Shown here piece after piece: positions 1 to 11,781 of a stretch of DNA of 64,000 nt. Location: positions 248,001 to 312,000 of the forward strand of contig NW_019029009.1 in assembly GCF_002105155.1 (NCBI RefSeq), given 5' to 3'. The translations under genes and the position numbers were made by a program. The first letter of the stretch is position 1; every line of letters begins with the position of its first letter. Under the pieces are notes generated by a model. That model was not told where the DNA came from and ran no database searches. It was given only the letters and a program-made list of their open reading frames with translations. The stretch is from Lobosporangium transversale. Lineage: Eukaryota.

Positions 1-180
1 TGTCAGTTATTTACCCAAGATTACTACAGACAAAGCTTAAATCAATTCAAATTGACATCTTGTGTTGAAATTTGAGTTGCGCCACCGTTTTTCCTTTTTA
101 TTTTTTCCTTTCTTTTTCTCCATTCGACGTCTTCCTTGTTCTCTCTTTTTCTCTTTTTAGCACCAATCACTCTTGCCAAC

Positions 181-764
181 ATGATGCTCGCTAACCAGAA
201 TCAGCCAAAGGACATTGAGGTACCCACTATGGCTATATCTCTTTACTCTCAATTTAGTTTTCCTTTCTTCACCACATCCTGGTTGATCCACGCGTTCTTG
301 GAACAAAAAACAACAAAAAAACTATCCACTTACATGTGCAATTCGTCTCAACTTTCATGATTAGGTGACATCGCCACCAAATGATGGCATCGCAGAGCTT
401 GCATTCTCTAAGACAAGTGATTTCCTTGCAGCGGCATCTTGGAATAATGAAGTATAAATATTGAGTGCCACTATTGTTTTTCGCGTCACCTTTGTCGTAA
501 TACTAGAGTGCTTACTAGGATCCTTCTCTTTTTTTTTCTTTACTTTATTTTATTTTCTTCAATGTGTTTAGGTCCGTATCTGGGAGGTCATGGGAGACGG
601 ATCTACTGTTGCCAAAGCCATGTATTCGCACGAAGGACCTGCACTGGCGTGCCAATGGAGTGGTGTAAGTCTTCTATCTGCACTTTTCCTAAAAAAAAGA
701 AAGAAAAAAAAGAACACAGTTATTACGTATTATTATATCTCCCAATCTATTCAAATCTCACAGA

Positions 765-814
<50 letters not shown>

Positions 815-1824
815 ACCGACCATAAACAGGATGGGTCAAAGCTTGCTTCAGGAGGCGCAGATAATGCGGGACGGATTTTTGATTTAGCTACTGGCCAACC
901 TTCCCAGTTTGCAAAACACGATGCACCCATCAAAAGCCTGCGCTGGATTGATGGGCCCAACATTGTTGCAACTGGAAGCTGGGACAAATCCATCAAGGTA
1001 ACAAAAAAAAAAAGTACAAGTTCATTTTTAGTAATGAATTTGACATTATTTAAGCCGTTGTTTATTTTAATACAATCTTTCTTTCTTTCTTTTTTTTGCC
1101 TCATAGTACTGGGACCTTCGACAGCAGAATCCTGTTTCGTCGGTGGCATTGAGTGATCGTCTTTACTCTATGGATACACATGGATCATTATTGGTCGCAG
1201 CAATGGCAGACCGTCAAATCACAATGTTCGACATGAGTAACCCTACTGTTCCATTCAGAACCATGGAGAGTCCTCTGAAGATGCAAACTCGTGTTGTCTC
1301 ATGTTTCACAACAGGTGGTGGATTTGCTGTCGGAAGTATTGAAGGACGTGTTGCTATTCAGTATACGGATGTCAAGGATAGCCAGTAAGTCTTCCCTTTC
1401 CTAATTATGGGTCGGCTGGTTACCTCTTATATGTTTTGATGACTAATCATTAAAAAAAAAAAAAAAAAAAAAAAAAACAACTTTCCAATTGTATATTAGA
1501 GGAAATTTCTCTTTCAAATGCCATCGAGATGGGGCGCCTGCAGCTAGGGACTCGTCTGTGTATGCTGTCAATGCAATTTCATTCCACCCTATTTATGGTA
1601 CATTCGCGACAGCCGGCTCGGATGGTGGATTCACGTTTTGGGATAAGGATTCAAAGCAGAAACTCAAAGTATTTAATAAGCAACCAGCGCCAATCTCGAC
1701 TGCTACATTCAACAGGAATGGATCGATTTATGCGTACGCAGTCAGTTATGATTGGAGCAAGGCAAGTGCAGTTCAATGGAAATTAGCTTTTTTTTTTATA
1801 TAATCAGATAGAAATAGCTTACAT

Positions 1825-1858
<34 letters not shown>

Positions 1859-1964
1859 TTTGTTTATGGTTCTGTAGGGTTATACTGGAATGCCAGCAGA
1901 TCACAAGAATGCCATTATGTTGTGTCCAGTACAGGAATCGGACATCAAGCCACGAAAGAAGTAA
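181..1964 (+). CDS. RAE1: Poly(A)+ RNA export factor Rae1/Gle2 (WD40 repeat), 7 exons
   Basis: Spliced translation gives WD40 motifs typical of Rae1/Gle2: HEGPALACQWS, KLASGGAD, HDAPIK, ATGSWDKSIK, GSIEGRVAI, FSFKCHR, YAVNAISFHP..GTFATAGSDG, YAVSYDWSKG. ATG at 181, stop TAA at 1962-1964; last intron (1762-1877) is GC-AG. Confidence 0.93.
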
Positions 1965-2237
1965 AAGTAAAAGCACATGTATACTAGAAACTATGAGCAA
2001 TGCAAGCTTAATAAAAAGATATGCCTGTAAAGTCGGGAAGATTAAGCAGCAAGCTAAAAAAAGGGGGAAAAAACCCATACCATTCAAACTATCTTGGAGA
2101 CTCAAAACTTTTGCATCCATTGTATCATGTACTCTCTCTAACTCAATGATGTCTTGCTGTCATTGTTTTTTATTACTTTTTTTTTTGTTTTTATTTTCGT
2201 ATTCATGTTTGCTTTTAAAACCAGCCCGTTATTCGAT

Positions 2238-3833
2238 CTATGCATTAGAGTTAGACGACGGAGCCGAGGGAAGTTGTTGCTGTTGTTCTGAAGGAATTCC
2301 ACGCTTCTTTGTGATGCCATCATAAATCGTCAATGCTTGTGCAACCATGGCGGACGCATCATTGGCGTTAGCAGGTAGGATCAAAGTGTTTGTCTCCTTT
2401 GCAAGCTGAGCAAATGCCTCCACATATTTGTCTGCGACTGTCAGCGACACGGCATGGTGGCCTCCAGGGGTGTTTGTGATGGCTTCGGCAATGCGACGGA
2501 TACCTTCAGCACTAGCCTGAGCACGAAGCAAAATCGCCTCGGCCTCACCGGTTGCTCTGTTGATTTGTTCCGCCCTGTCGGCCTCTGACTGAAGGATCGT
2601 GGATTGTTTGTGGCCCTCAGCAACGTTGATGGCAGCTTGGCGTGAACCTATCAAGGATGGAGGAAAAGAAAAATGGCTCAGGTTTGATTAGATAATGCTA
2701 TTTCGTTAATAAGGTAAAAAAGAAAAGAAAAGAAAATGCTTTACCCTCAGAATCCAAAATCTGCGCACGCTTGGTACGCTCGGCAGAAACTTGTTGATGC
2801 ATGCTCTCGACTACTTTGGCGGGTGGGTGGATATCACGGATCTCATAACGAAGACATTGAATTCCCCAATCCGCAGCAGCTGTGTTGATGGCTTCAACGA
2901 TATTGGCATTGAGATGAGCTCTTTCAGCCAAAGTTCGGTCCAATGTCATCTGACCAATTTCCGCACGCATCGTTGTTTGAGCAAGCTGAGCAACCGAAAA
3001 TTCGGCATCTTCTACACCATACGATGCTTTGTATGGGTCTACCACTCTGAAGTAAAGCACGCCGTCCAAATCCAATGTAACGTTATCTATTTTATTATTA
3101 TTATTTAAAAAAATAAAATAAAATAAAATAAAAAAAATAAAAAAAAGGTTTCAAGTATTAAGATCAAACAAAATATACCAGATTGTAAAAAGAAAAAATA
3201 AAATACCTTGAGTGATAGCACTCTGACTTGGGATTTCAATTGCGACCTCTTTTAAGCTTTTGACATACTTGACTCGATCCAAAAAAGGCATCAGAATCTG
3301 AAGGCCAGGTTCCAAGACGCGAGAGAATCGACCCATGCGCTCTACAATCCACGCCTCTTGTTGTGGTACAAATTTGACGACCTAGACGAAAAACAAAAAG
3401 ACATACCAGCGATTTTCTAATGAGACTTTTGGTTGTGAAGGATTTTTTTATATCACAAATCCAAACCATTAATCTTATACCGTGTTTATAGGAAGAGATC
3501 GACGAGAGTTGGAGATCCCTCCACCCCAGCTTGAGTATCCGCCATCGTCTCCATAGCGTGTGGCATATGATCTACGCAAAATCAACGAGGATGAAGTTAT
3601 AGGGGCCTATTTTTATTTATTTTTATGAATATGGATATGAAGAGACATGCACAATGTTACCACACAATGGTATTTGTTTATTTGGATAATATCTCTAGAG
3701 TATTATTTACTGACATCTTCCGGTTCGTAAAAAATTAATAAAAGATTACCACGCGCGCTGTGAGAAGGGTGGTATTACCGGCATTCATGGTCAGCCGGGC
3801 TGTAGTGGCAAGGGTTCGAAGCATGCTTGACAT
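2238..3833 (-). CDS. Stomatin-like protein 2 (SPFH/band 7 family, likely mitochondrial)
   Basis: Exons encode FVPQQEAWIVERMGRF, IPSQSAITQDNV, LDGVLYFRVVDPYKASYGVED, AQLAQTTMRAEIG, WGIQCLRYEIRDI, AINVAEG and AEKYV-like motifs. The N-terminus MSSMLRTLATTAR resembles a mitochondrial presequence. Confidence 0.9.
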
Positions 3834-4335
3834 TTGAATCAATGTTGAATGTGTAAAATAAGAGAACGATGAATTGAGTGCTTTCCAAAAAAAAAAGAAG
3901 AATAAATGTACACGCGCGTGTAAAATATCACATTTAAGCGGAGATTTCACGTTACTTTTTGAGAAGCAAAAATTTCCTTTCTTGTCGTTTCGCTTCTGTA
4001 GTCACGTCCTATTAAAAAACGGAACAGTCCATCTAGACCAAGGATATTGTAAAAAGAACAAAAAAAAATTGCCAAGCCAATACTTACAACTTTTAAGACG
4101 AAAGCCTTTCAGAACCTAGTCATATTTGTAGTAGATCAAATCCTTTTGTTGCCGCCGGCTTGTCTCTCCTCCTCCTGGGACCTTTCGGTGGTCTACTCCT
4201 CCTCCTTTATCTGAAAATCTCCGTTATCTGCCTCTACCACTGCCGCTCCCGGACTCAATAAAGGTTCTTTCGGTGGTCTTGATCCCTCAACTCCTCCTCC
4301 CCTTCGTCTGAAAACTTTCTTTTTGTGGTTCTGCC

Positions 4336-5782
4336 ATGACCACCACTACCTCCTCCTTAGCAGATATGACGAGCTGGCTCATGGCTCGAGAGCCGGGGTA
4401 CCTTGTAATACAATTGCTCTCACCTTTTGGCAAGCCCATCGAGGAATACAGGGAACGCAAGGGAAGGCGTGGTTTTAAAGTCAGGAAAATTTTGATGTCA
4501 CTGCAAGGAATGGGGAGGCGCCTCAAGTGCATCAGAAGAGTAAGTTTCAATCGCAAGACCCACAGCAAAGAGACTACGTATTAAATGGATCAATTCGAAC
4601 TGATGGATTCCGGCTCCAGTTGCTTGGCTTTAAACTGAAAGAATTGCAGTCTGTCCGATATAGGCGGCTTTCCAAAGTTCCTCAAGACAAGGTACCTTTC
4701 CGACTCACGTCTACAGTTAGCGGCGTGGACTACCATTTGACCGAGATTAGGAACATTGTCAAAAGCCAGCAGGATGTCAGGGCAATTTGGGGACGCGAGC
4801 CCGGCAAGATAAAAACATTAGGCATAGATCTCGGTCAAGCATGTGTTGTAGGGACGAGCGCGCTCTTGCCTGTCGCAGAAGGCGACCCCAATGTCTTTCA
4901 CAACCTTGCTGTAAAGCAAAAGGTAATGTACCAGCCAACGCTCAAGTTTCGGCGTTGGCTAGAAGATAAGCAGAGTGCTGCACCTGCAGGAGCCTACTCC
5001 ATCAGTGATCTGGAAAGCAGACTGCCATCTCTACGTGGTGAGAATGCTAGCATTGAAAGATATCTATCTGAACTAGGATCAGCTCGAAGAATTTTATAAC
5101 GGAGAAAGGCTTGTTGCAGGGCACCAATGGGATTCCAGAAGGGCTAGGGATGCTGAGTACAGTATCATTGCCGACCGTCTTCTCAGCATAACCGGAGGAT
5201 CATTTGGTAGAAAGAGAGACAGGTGTAATAAGGTTGTAATTGGGGCTGGACTTGGCAAGTTTGGAGCGAGGAATCGGTTGTCAGTCCTTGCATGAATCAT
5301 TTGCATCGTTTTTATCTCCCAGGTAAGATGTTTATTTATTGAGAAAGGCTCGCTCTAGCTAGATTTGTTTATTAAATCGTTGGGCGCAACTCCTTGGATA
5401 CGTTGTCATCAGTGTCAACGAATACTATCCTTACAAGTGTCCCACATGCGAGGATTTTGTTGGGCTAGTTGAGATCCGATGGCTTTACTGCTCCAACTGC
5501 AATACATACATCCATCGTGACATTATGGTAGGCCACAGTATCTGTAACGTTGCTTGTGAATATCTCTCCGATCAAGAGAGACCTCTGTATCTTTAGTCTA
5601 TTAATGCGAAGGGAAGATACCCTTGGATGAAGTCAGACCAAAAGAAACACAAGCGAAGAAGCTCTAACCCGCAGACAAGCTCCAGAGAGAAACGAAGCAG
5701 GATTGTCGGCGCCCGTAAAACAAATAATTTAGTTAGATTAGGTGTGCTGCAAACACACATTTTTAAGAGTGTGGGGCCTTGA
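4336..5782 (+). pseudogene. Degenerate Fanzor (eukaryotic TnpB-like RuvC nuclease) gene
   Basis: RuvC-I LGIDLG (4818-4835), RuvC-II region LGYVVISVNEYY (5393-5428), zinc finger CPTC (5438-5449)...CSNC, RuvC-III HRD (5513-5521), then RPLYL*..GRYPW. Disrupted by frameshifts near 4530, 5091 and 5285-5315 and a TAG at 5594-5596. Intron-like segment at 5323-5383. Confidence 0.82.
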
Positions 5783-5830
5783 CCCCATTGTTCTGTGGTT
5801 TGCTTATCACGTGACTAGTAGCCACTGACG
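5735..5830 (+). ncRNA. Candidate Fanzor omegaRNA scaffold / element right end
   Basis: Three consecutive hairpins directly 3' of the nuclease domain: GTGTG/CACAC (5742-5758), TGGGG/CCCCA (5772-5787), GTGGTT/AGCCAC (5795-5825). The position matches known TnpB/Fanzor omegaRNAs. Stems are short and no alignment is available. Confidence 0.3.
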
Positions 5831-6381
5831 TAGTTTCAGACACAAATCTTTGGATTCTCAGACGGCCGAGCTCACGTAATTTTGGCAGATTTTAAGCTAT
5901 TCATTTTAACCTTCACTTGTGATTGTGATCATCCTTCTTCATTTTGCATTCGATCACTCTGACTTTAGTGGTTTCGAACGCTCTCTCCTTCTACGTCCTC
6001 TTACGCGCGTTTTTTCTTTTTTTTTTTTCTGTGTCGCCCTCCTCATTATCTTCTTTTTGTTATCACATTTCAGTTAAAAAGCAGATTGACAGTAGCCCAT
6101 CTATCAGCCCAATCCTTCTGAATAGAGTGGTTAAATTCACCGTATTCATCTTTCCTCTCCTACTTCAACGCGTGTGCATTACGTTAATTCAACAAATAAC
6201 GAAGAGAAGGCTTATTTAAGAAGAGCACCGGAGGGAGCAGTGGTCCTGTCATCTAAAGGAACTGAAATAGAGAAAAGAGAAAAAAAAAAGAAAAAAGAAA
6301 AAAGAAAAGAAAAAAAGAGAGAGGAAGAGAAAGAGAGAAGTGTGCATCACTCTTTGCCGACCGACGATAAGTTAATGGCGC

Positions 6382-9300
6382 ATGGCTGGAACGCACTCTG
6401 TCCACACCGTCGCTAATGGGATGCCTACCGATACTTCTCTGACTGAAGCAAAGATGGAACCTAATGGTATTGTCAAGGGTGCCTCACAAACCAACGTTGC
6501 ATCCACATCATCCGCATCGTCATCCTTGGTTATAGCTACGCCCGTCTTACCACGAAACCTGGCTGGTATGGTCCCACTCGGCGCCATCATTCATCGCATG
6601 ACCAATGAGGCGTTTTCGGATCTGTCCAATCTTTCAGACATGTAAGCACATGCACCTTACAATTGCCTCGTTTATACCATTTCAGAAAGTTCAGTGCCCA
6701 GGAGATAGCATTTCAGATTTAAATTTTTACAATCCTTTGGCTGATTATTTATATTTGTTTTCTGTAGTTTACCATCAATGACTGATGCGCAAAAGAAACT
6801 GCATATCTTGGAATATACGCTTTCGAAACGTGAACAGTTCATCAAATTGCTAGTTTTAACAAAGTGGGCGAAAAGCGCACACAAATTTCAACAATGTCAG
6901 GTTCGTTATCTTTTTTTTAATCGTTTGAATAACTTACTCGGCAATTTGCACGACTAAAGCTCCTGATGGCTGATCTTACAATTGTTTGCAAATAATCCTA
7001 TCAGGATATTGTTGGATTTTTGCGCCATGAAAACGAACTTTTTACACGCGCGGTCGGAGGGCTATTTGAAACTTACAGAATGTTCGGCAGAGCTCGGTAT
7101 GTTCAGCACACATGCAAATGACAATTAGTTCAGGAGAACTGGAGGCTTCTTTTTCTCTTGTCATTACGAGCTCAAACTTGTGCTGACTATAGAATCTTCG
7201 GCCTACTTTTAACTACAATAGTGTGCGTAACTTTGATATACCTACAGCTATTGATGTTTTGACTACAGGAACGTACCAACGCTTACCCTCGAGGATTAAG
7301 CAGGTATATGTTGCTGATGAGCCACCAAGCAGGACTGAAATGGCGGCTACACTAGAAAGACTGGATGATGTGATACGAATGAGGCTACTTTGCGACGAAC
7401 TTGTACCACCAGCCATGAAATATACAATCGGCAAAGGAAAAGTCAAATTTGTGGTGGCGAATGAATTTCAGGTCAGTTGACTGGCGACATTATCAGCATA
7501 ACGAAGCTAAACGAAGCAACCTCCCACAGGCGAACTACATTTCTAACCAGGAAATCATGATTCTCCGGTCCATTAGGTAACGCTGACTGTTTCTGGACCA
7601 GGATCGCCGATGGATGTTCCCTGGCGTATTGTAGGGCTCGAGATTTTGGTGAAGCCTATTGGAGGATCATTTCAAGGTATCCTACTATCACCAGTTGTCT
7701 TACACAAGGATACCACAATAACCCAATTGAGGATAAAACACTCATAAAATATATTTGCTCTCACCTCATTGAAAATACGCATCTTAGGGCTTGATACCTC
7801 GCTAAGTGAGCTACAAATGCGAGCGATTATTCATGCAGCCCAAAAGGCGATGGATTCCTCTAGCCCTGCTAATGCAACACAGTATACAGTCGTACCAGCG
7901 GGACCAGAATCCGGAGCGCCTGCAAATCAAGCACTGTTGCGTCTTTATGATTACTTGCACATGGTGTCCCTACATTTGTTAATTGAGTTGGTTTATATTC
8001 AGGTACCGTCTTTTCATGTCCTTTTGCCTGAGAAAAGTTCAATTTTTTTGCTTTTTCTCATAGGTATATTTAGAGATGAGTAAGGAAGTTTAATATTATT
8101 ATTTACACTATCTATAGGCCCAGTATGTACGATCTGGATGGAATAATAGGTTGCTCGTGGATATTAACAAGCCTCAGCGAAGCTATGTGCGCTTGACCTA
8201 CTGGGGTAGCGGTATGACTACTGCAACACAAACACAAACCTCTGCCCCAGCACCTAAAAGACGAGCGTCTGCATCGCCATCAACGTTATCAGGAGCTCAG
8301 ATTCAAGGTCTTGTCTCCCAACAGGAGCACTTTCTAGAAATCAGGATTGAAGAACGGGAAGGGCCAAAGTCAGAAATACCTGAGGGCCTTGCGGGGGCCC
8401 TTGTAGATTCCAAGAGCTTAGGCTACCCAAAAGCATACATCAAGGTTATTTGGAGTCAAGTTGTCAAAGGGGTTATATCAGAACAAGAAGTTGGCCCCAT
8501 TTTGGAATTGGTATGACTTCTATGTGATGTATATCCCCATTGCGTGATTTGGTACAATCGTTAAGACTTTGATTTTCCAATTTATTCTATTAGGATCCTT
8601 CAAATATTCATGTAGAGAGATTGCTTCTGAAGACTGTAAACACGCATACTGGGCAGGTCATGCAGGAATTCTATGATCGTCTTTCTAGGCATATTGACGC
8701 CACAAAAACTCACCCAGAACAAGAGGATGACACTTTCTTTTGCAAGAATGATATCAAGCTAGACATGCTAGATTCTGCAGAACATTCAATCCTAAATGGA
8801 GTGGCCAACCTGACTGGTCCTAAAGCACTACTAGTGCGATTGAAAGGGGACCGATGGATTAGGATACGGATTGATATTAGGACAGGACAGGTAGTGGTTC
8901 GGGAAGTAGGGAAGACTGGCGAAGGAATCGATCGTAAGTCTGGCAGTACACCATGCAACATCCTTTACCAACCAGTCCTTGCTATTAAGCCCTATTAATA
9001 TACTTTAACTTTTGTGTTTTTACAGCCGTTATTGCCGCTTTTCAAAATAGGCTCAACGAAAATGCCAACAATATCGTGGATGCATTGATTTCATTGCGAT
9101 TTTCGGTAATATGATTGTCAGGAAACTTTGCTGTTTTGAAAAAGTCACCAATGGGGCTACATTCTTTTATACTTATACATCCTTTATCGTCAATACTGCT
9201 TAGATGGCAATGGTGGAACTTGAGTCATTAGCTGTTCTCTTAGGACTTCAACCCTATAGGCGAATTGCGCTAGGAACGCCGGATGTTTCGAAATTTGGAA

Positions 9301-11368
9301 GCAATATTCAACAAATATTATTTTTGCAGTATCCTCAGCACCCACGCTATTATCTTGTTATAGGAGTTATCGACAGGAAGTTTTGCGTTTGGCTGATTGA
9401 GGTAGTACCAACAACGGGAATCTTGCTTACTTTAAAGTCGAAGGCGCCTGTATACTGGCAGGAGCTAAAGCGACAAAGAAAGATTGTCAAAGGTGATGTT
9501 GAGCCGAAGTCAGCTATAATGAAGCGGAAATCAGTTCAGTTTGACGTTGGGGACGAAACTCCACAGGAGCCATCTACCAGTGATGGGTATGAATGAATTT
9601 CTGGTGCAATTAGAGAGTGGTACTTTTCTTTTCTTTTTAAGAAAAAAAGCTAATGTGTTCACCTATCCGGCTTTAATTACTCTACAGATTGACGATTGAC
9701 CAGGATCTTTTGTCGAAGCTTGAGGCGCTGTGCCGTGCTAAAATTTGTCATACTGAGGTGAAATCGCAATTGGAGCAACATGGCATCCAATATAGACTTT
9801 TGTCTTCAAATACAAAGGGTGCTGAAGATGCTTCTCCTGCAAGGCGACCGACAAATACCATACCACTAATTCGTTTGGAACCAAGTTCGATCTCTCCAGG
9901 CTTTACGGAGGGATTATTTTTGTATGTGGGCGCGAAGCTAACAGGCTGGTGGGATAATCAGAGAGAAACATGTAACTTTATTGTACAAGCAAAGTTCGCT
10001 CCTGATTCTATCCCCTCCAACATGGACAATGGGTCGTTAGGTAGGCATGATAAATGGTAAACGGGAAGATATGGTTCTATAGGAAGCAGCCTATGCGAAG
10101 GCAGGAATTGACTTTCTTTCCTCTGTTTTTGAACGTACTTAGATTCATCGGTCTGCTACCATGCAAAAACCGGAATCCTGAGTTTCACATATAAAATCAG
10201 AGGAGACTTTATTCAACAATTTAAGGGAGACTGGGAAAAGATTGTTCGAATGCTCAGGATCATTCGTCAACTTCATGCACCAACCATCACCTCATCATAT
10301 ATCAACTTGCAGGTCTGCCATTTACACTACGTCAAATTGTCATATTTCGGGCGCTATACAGCCACTATCAGATGGGCGCCTCCTTCAATAGCAGAGAGAC
10401 GATCAAATTCGGGTGTCTTGCTTCCTAATGCGCCTCGATTCCGACAAGGACTATATGAGATTGATCTTGCGGAAATTGAAGAGGGTGTCGACTATTTCAT
10501 CAACCCACATCGTAGGATGAAATACTTTTTGCAGGACATGTTCAATCGGGAAGCTGATCTGCATAGCCTTATGAACGTAAGTTTGCTTTCCATTCGAAAT
10601 ATTAATGCTGTGGATTCATTTTGCAAAAACAAAGTGCTGAAACTACTACATGATTTTTGGTCAATGTAGACAATAGTACAGACTTGCTCCATCTTGGAGG
10701 TAGTCGATAGATTAGAAAATTCGGTCAAAGAGGACAGCATGGGCCTCAAGCTCCTTTCAATCATACCTCGCTCAGCTCATCATATCCGGCTTGTCTATGG
10801 ATCAAAGTAGGTTTATAAACTATGCCCATGTACTTTTCAACATCACTAAAACTCAAGTTTAGGGATAATCGTGCTAACGCTATGATACTACATCACTCTT
10901 ATTTCCATCAGATACGCCTTGGACATTCGAGCTTACAGTCGCACACATCTATCCATGTTTGATGCATCATTTCCCTCTGAATCATTTGGGTCCAATCTGC
11001 CGCCACCACCACAGCCTGCCACTGCACCATCTTTGATGACGCCTGGACGCATTGTCCCACCAACATCAAAGGGCCATCTACACTATGGCGCGATACCCAA
11101 ACTACAAGCTCTCATTGGCAGTATCGATGTTGACAAGGAGGATGAGGAGTTTAATGATCTCCAACCTACAATTGCCTCATTGGTCATTAATTCATCAGTA
11201 ACATCTTCACAAGGCCGCAAATTATCTTCACATGGCACCACACTTGGGGGACTGCAAGAAGAAGACTCATACGAAATCATGCCGCTCCCTAACGGACTTA
11301 TCTGCTCGAGAAAAGCAAGTGGCCGTGCTCTCTACCGTATTGCGAAGCATATGGAAAGCCAGCTGTAA
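6382..11368 (+). CDS. MED14: Mediator of RNA polymerase II transcription subunit 14, about 14 exons
   Basis: N-terminal Med14 motifs: VPLGAII, KREQFIKLLVLTKWA, RVRNFDIPTAIDVLTTGTYQRLP, LDDVIRMRL, GKVKFVVANEFQVTLT, PWRIV. GT-AG introns join the ORF pieces through to the stop at 11368. Confidence 0.88.
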
Positions 11369-11464
11369 TTAATCGTCCTCTGCCTCCATTTAATAGGCAT
11401 ACATCAAAGAGAAATATGCATTTAGTCGAATTTAGTCGAAGCAATCATGCATAGATGGTTTCCA

Positions 11465-11498
<34 letters not shown>

Positions 11499-11781
11499 CA
11501 TTATTCTCAGCTTTCCTTGCAACACTTGTACAATAATCTCCAAAACCATCTCTCGTCTTTTATTAATCGTAGCAAATAAAGCACAAAAAGAAAGCATATT
11601 CATTTCAAACACACAATTTTGTCTTGGCAATTACCATGTGCATTAATTATTTTCACGTGATGGTCGAAATATCACAAATTCACGGTTCACTCTCCACACG
11701 CGCTGATAAAAAAAGCCTTTCTCACCTCCTTTTTTCACTCTCATTGCTATTGTCTTTACATTCCTTTTCTCCCGAACCATC

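Noticed and set aside
5772..5818. Helitron 3' end (hairpin followed by CTAG)
   Set aside because: The hairpin is about 28 nt from CTAG, and no Rep/helicase remnant or 5' TC boundary is identifiable.
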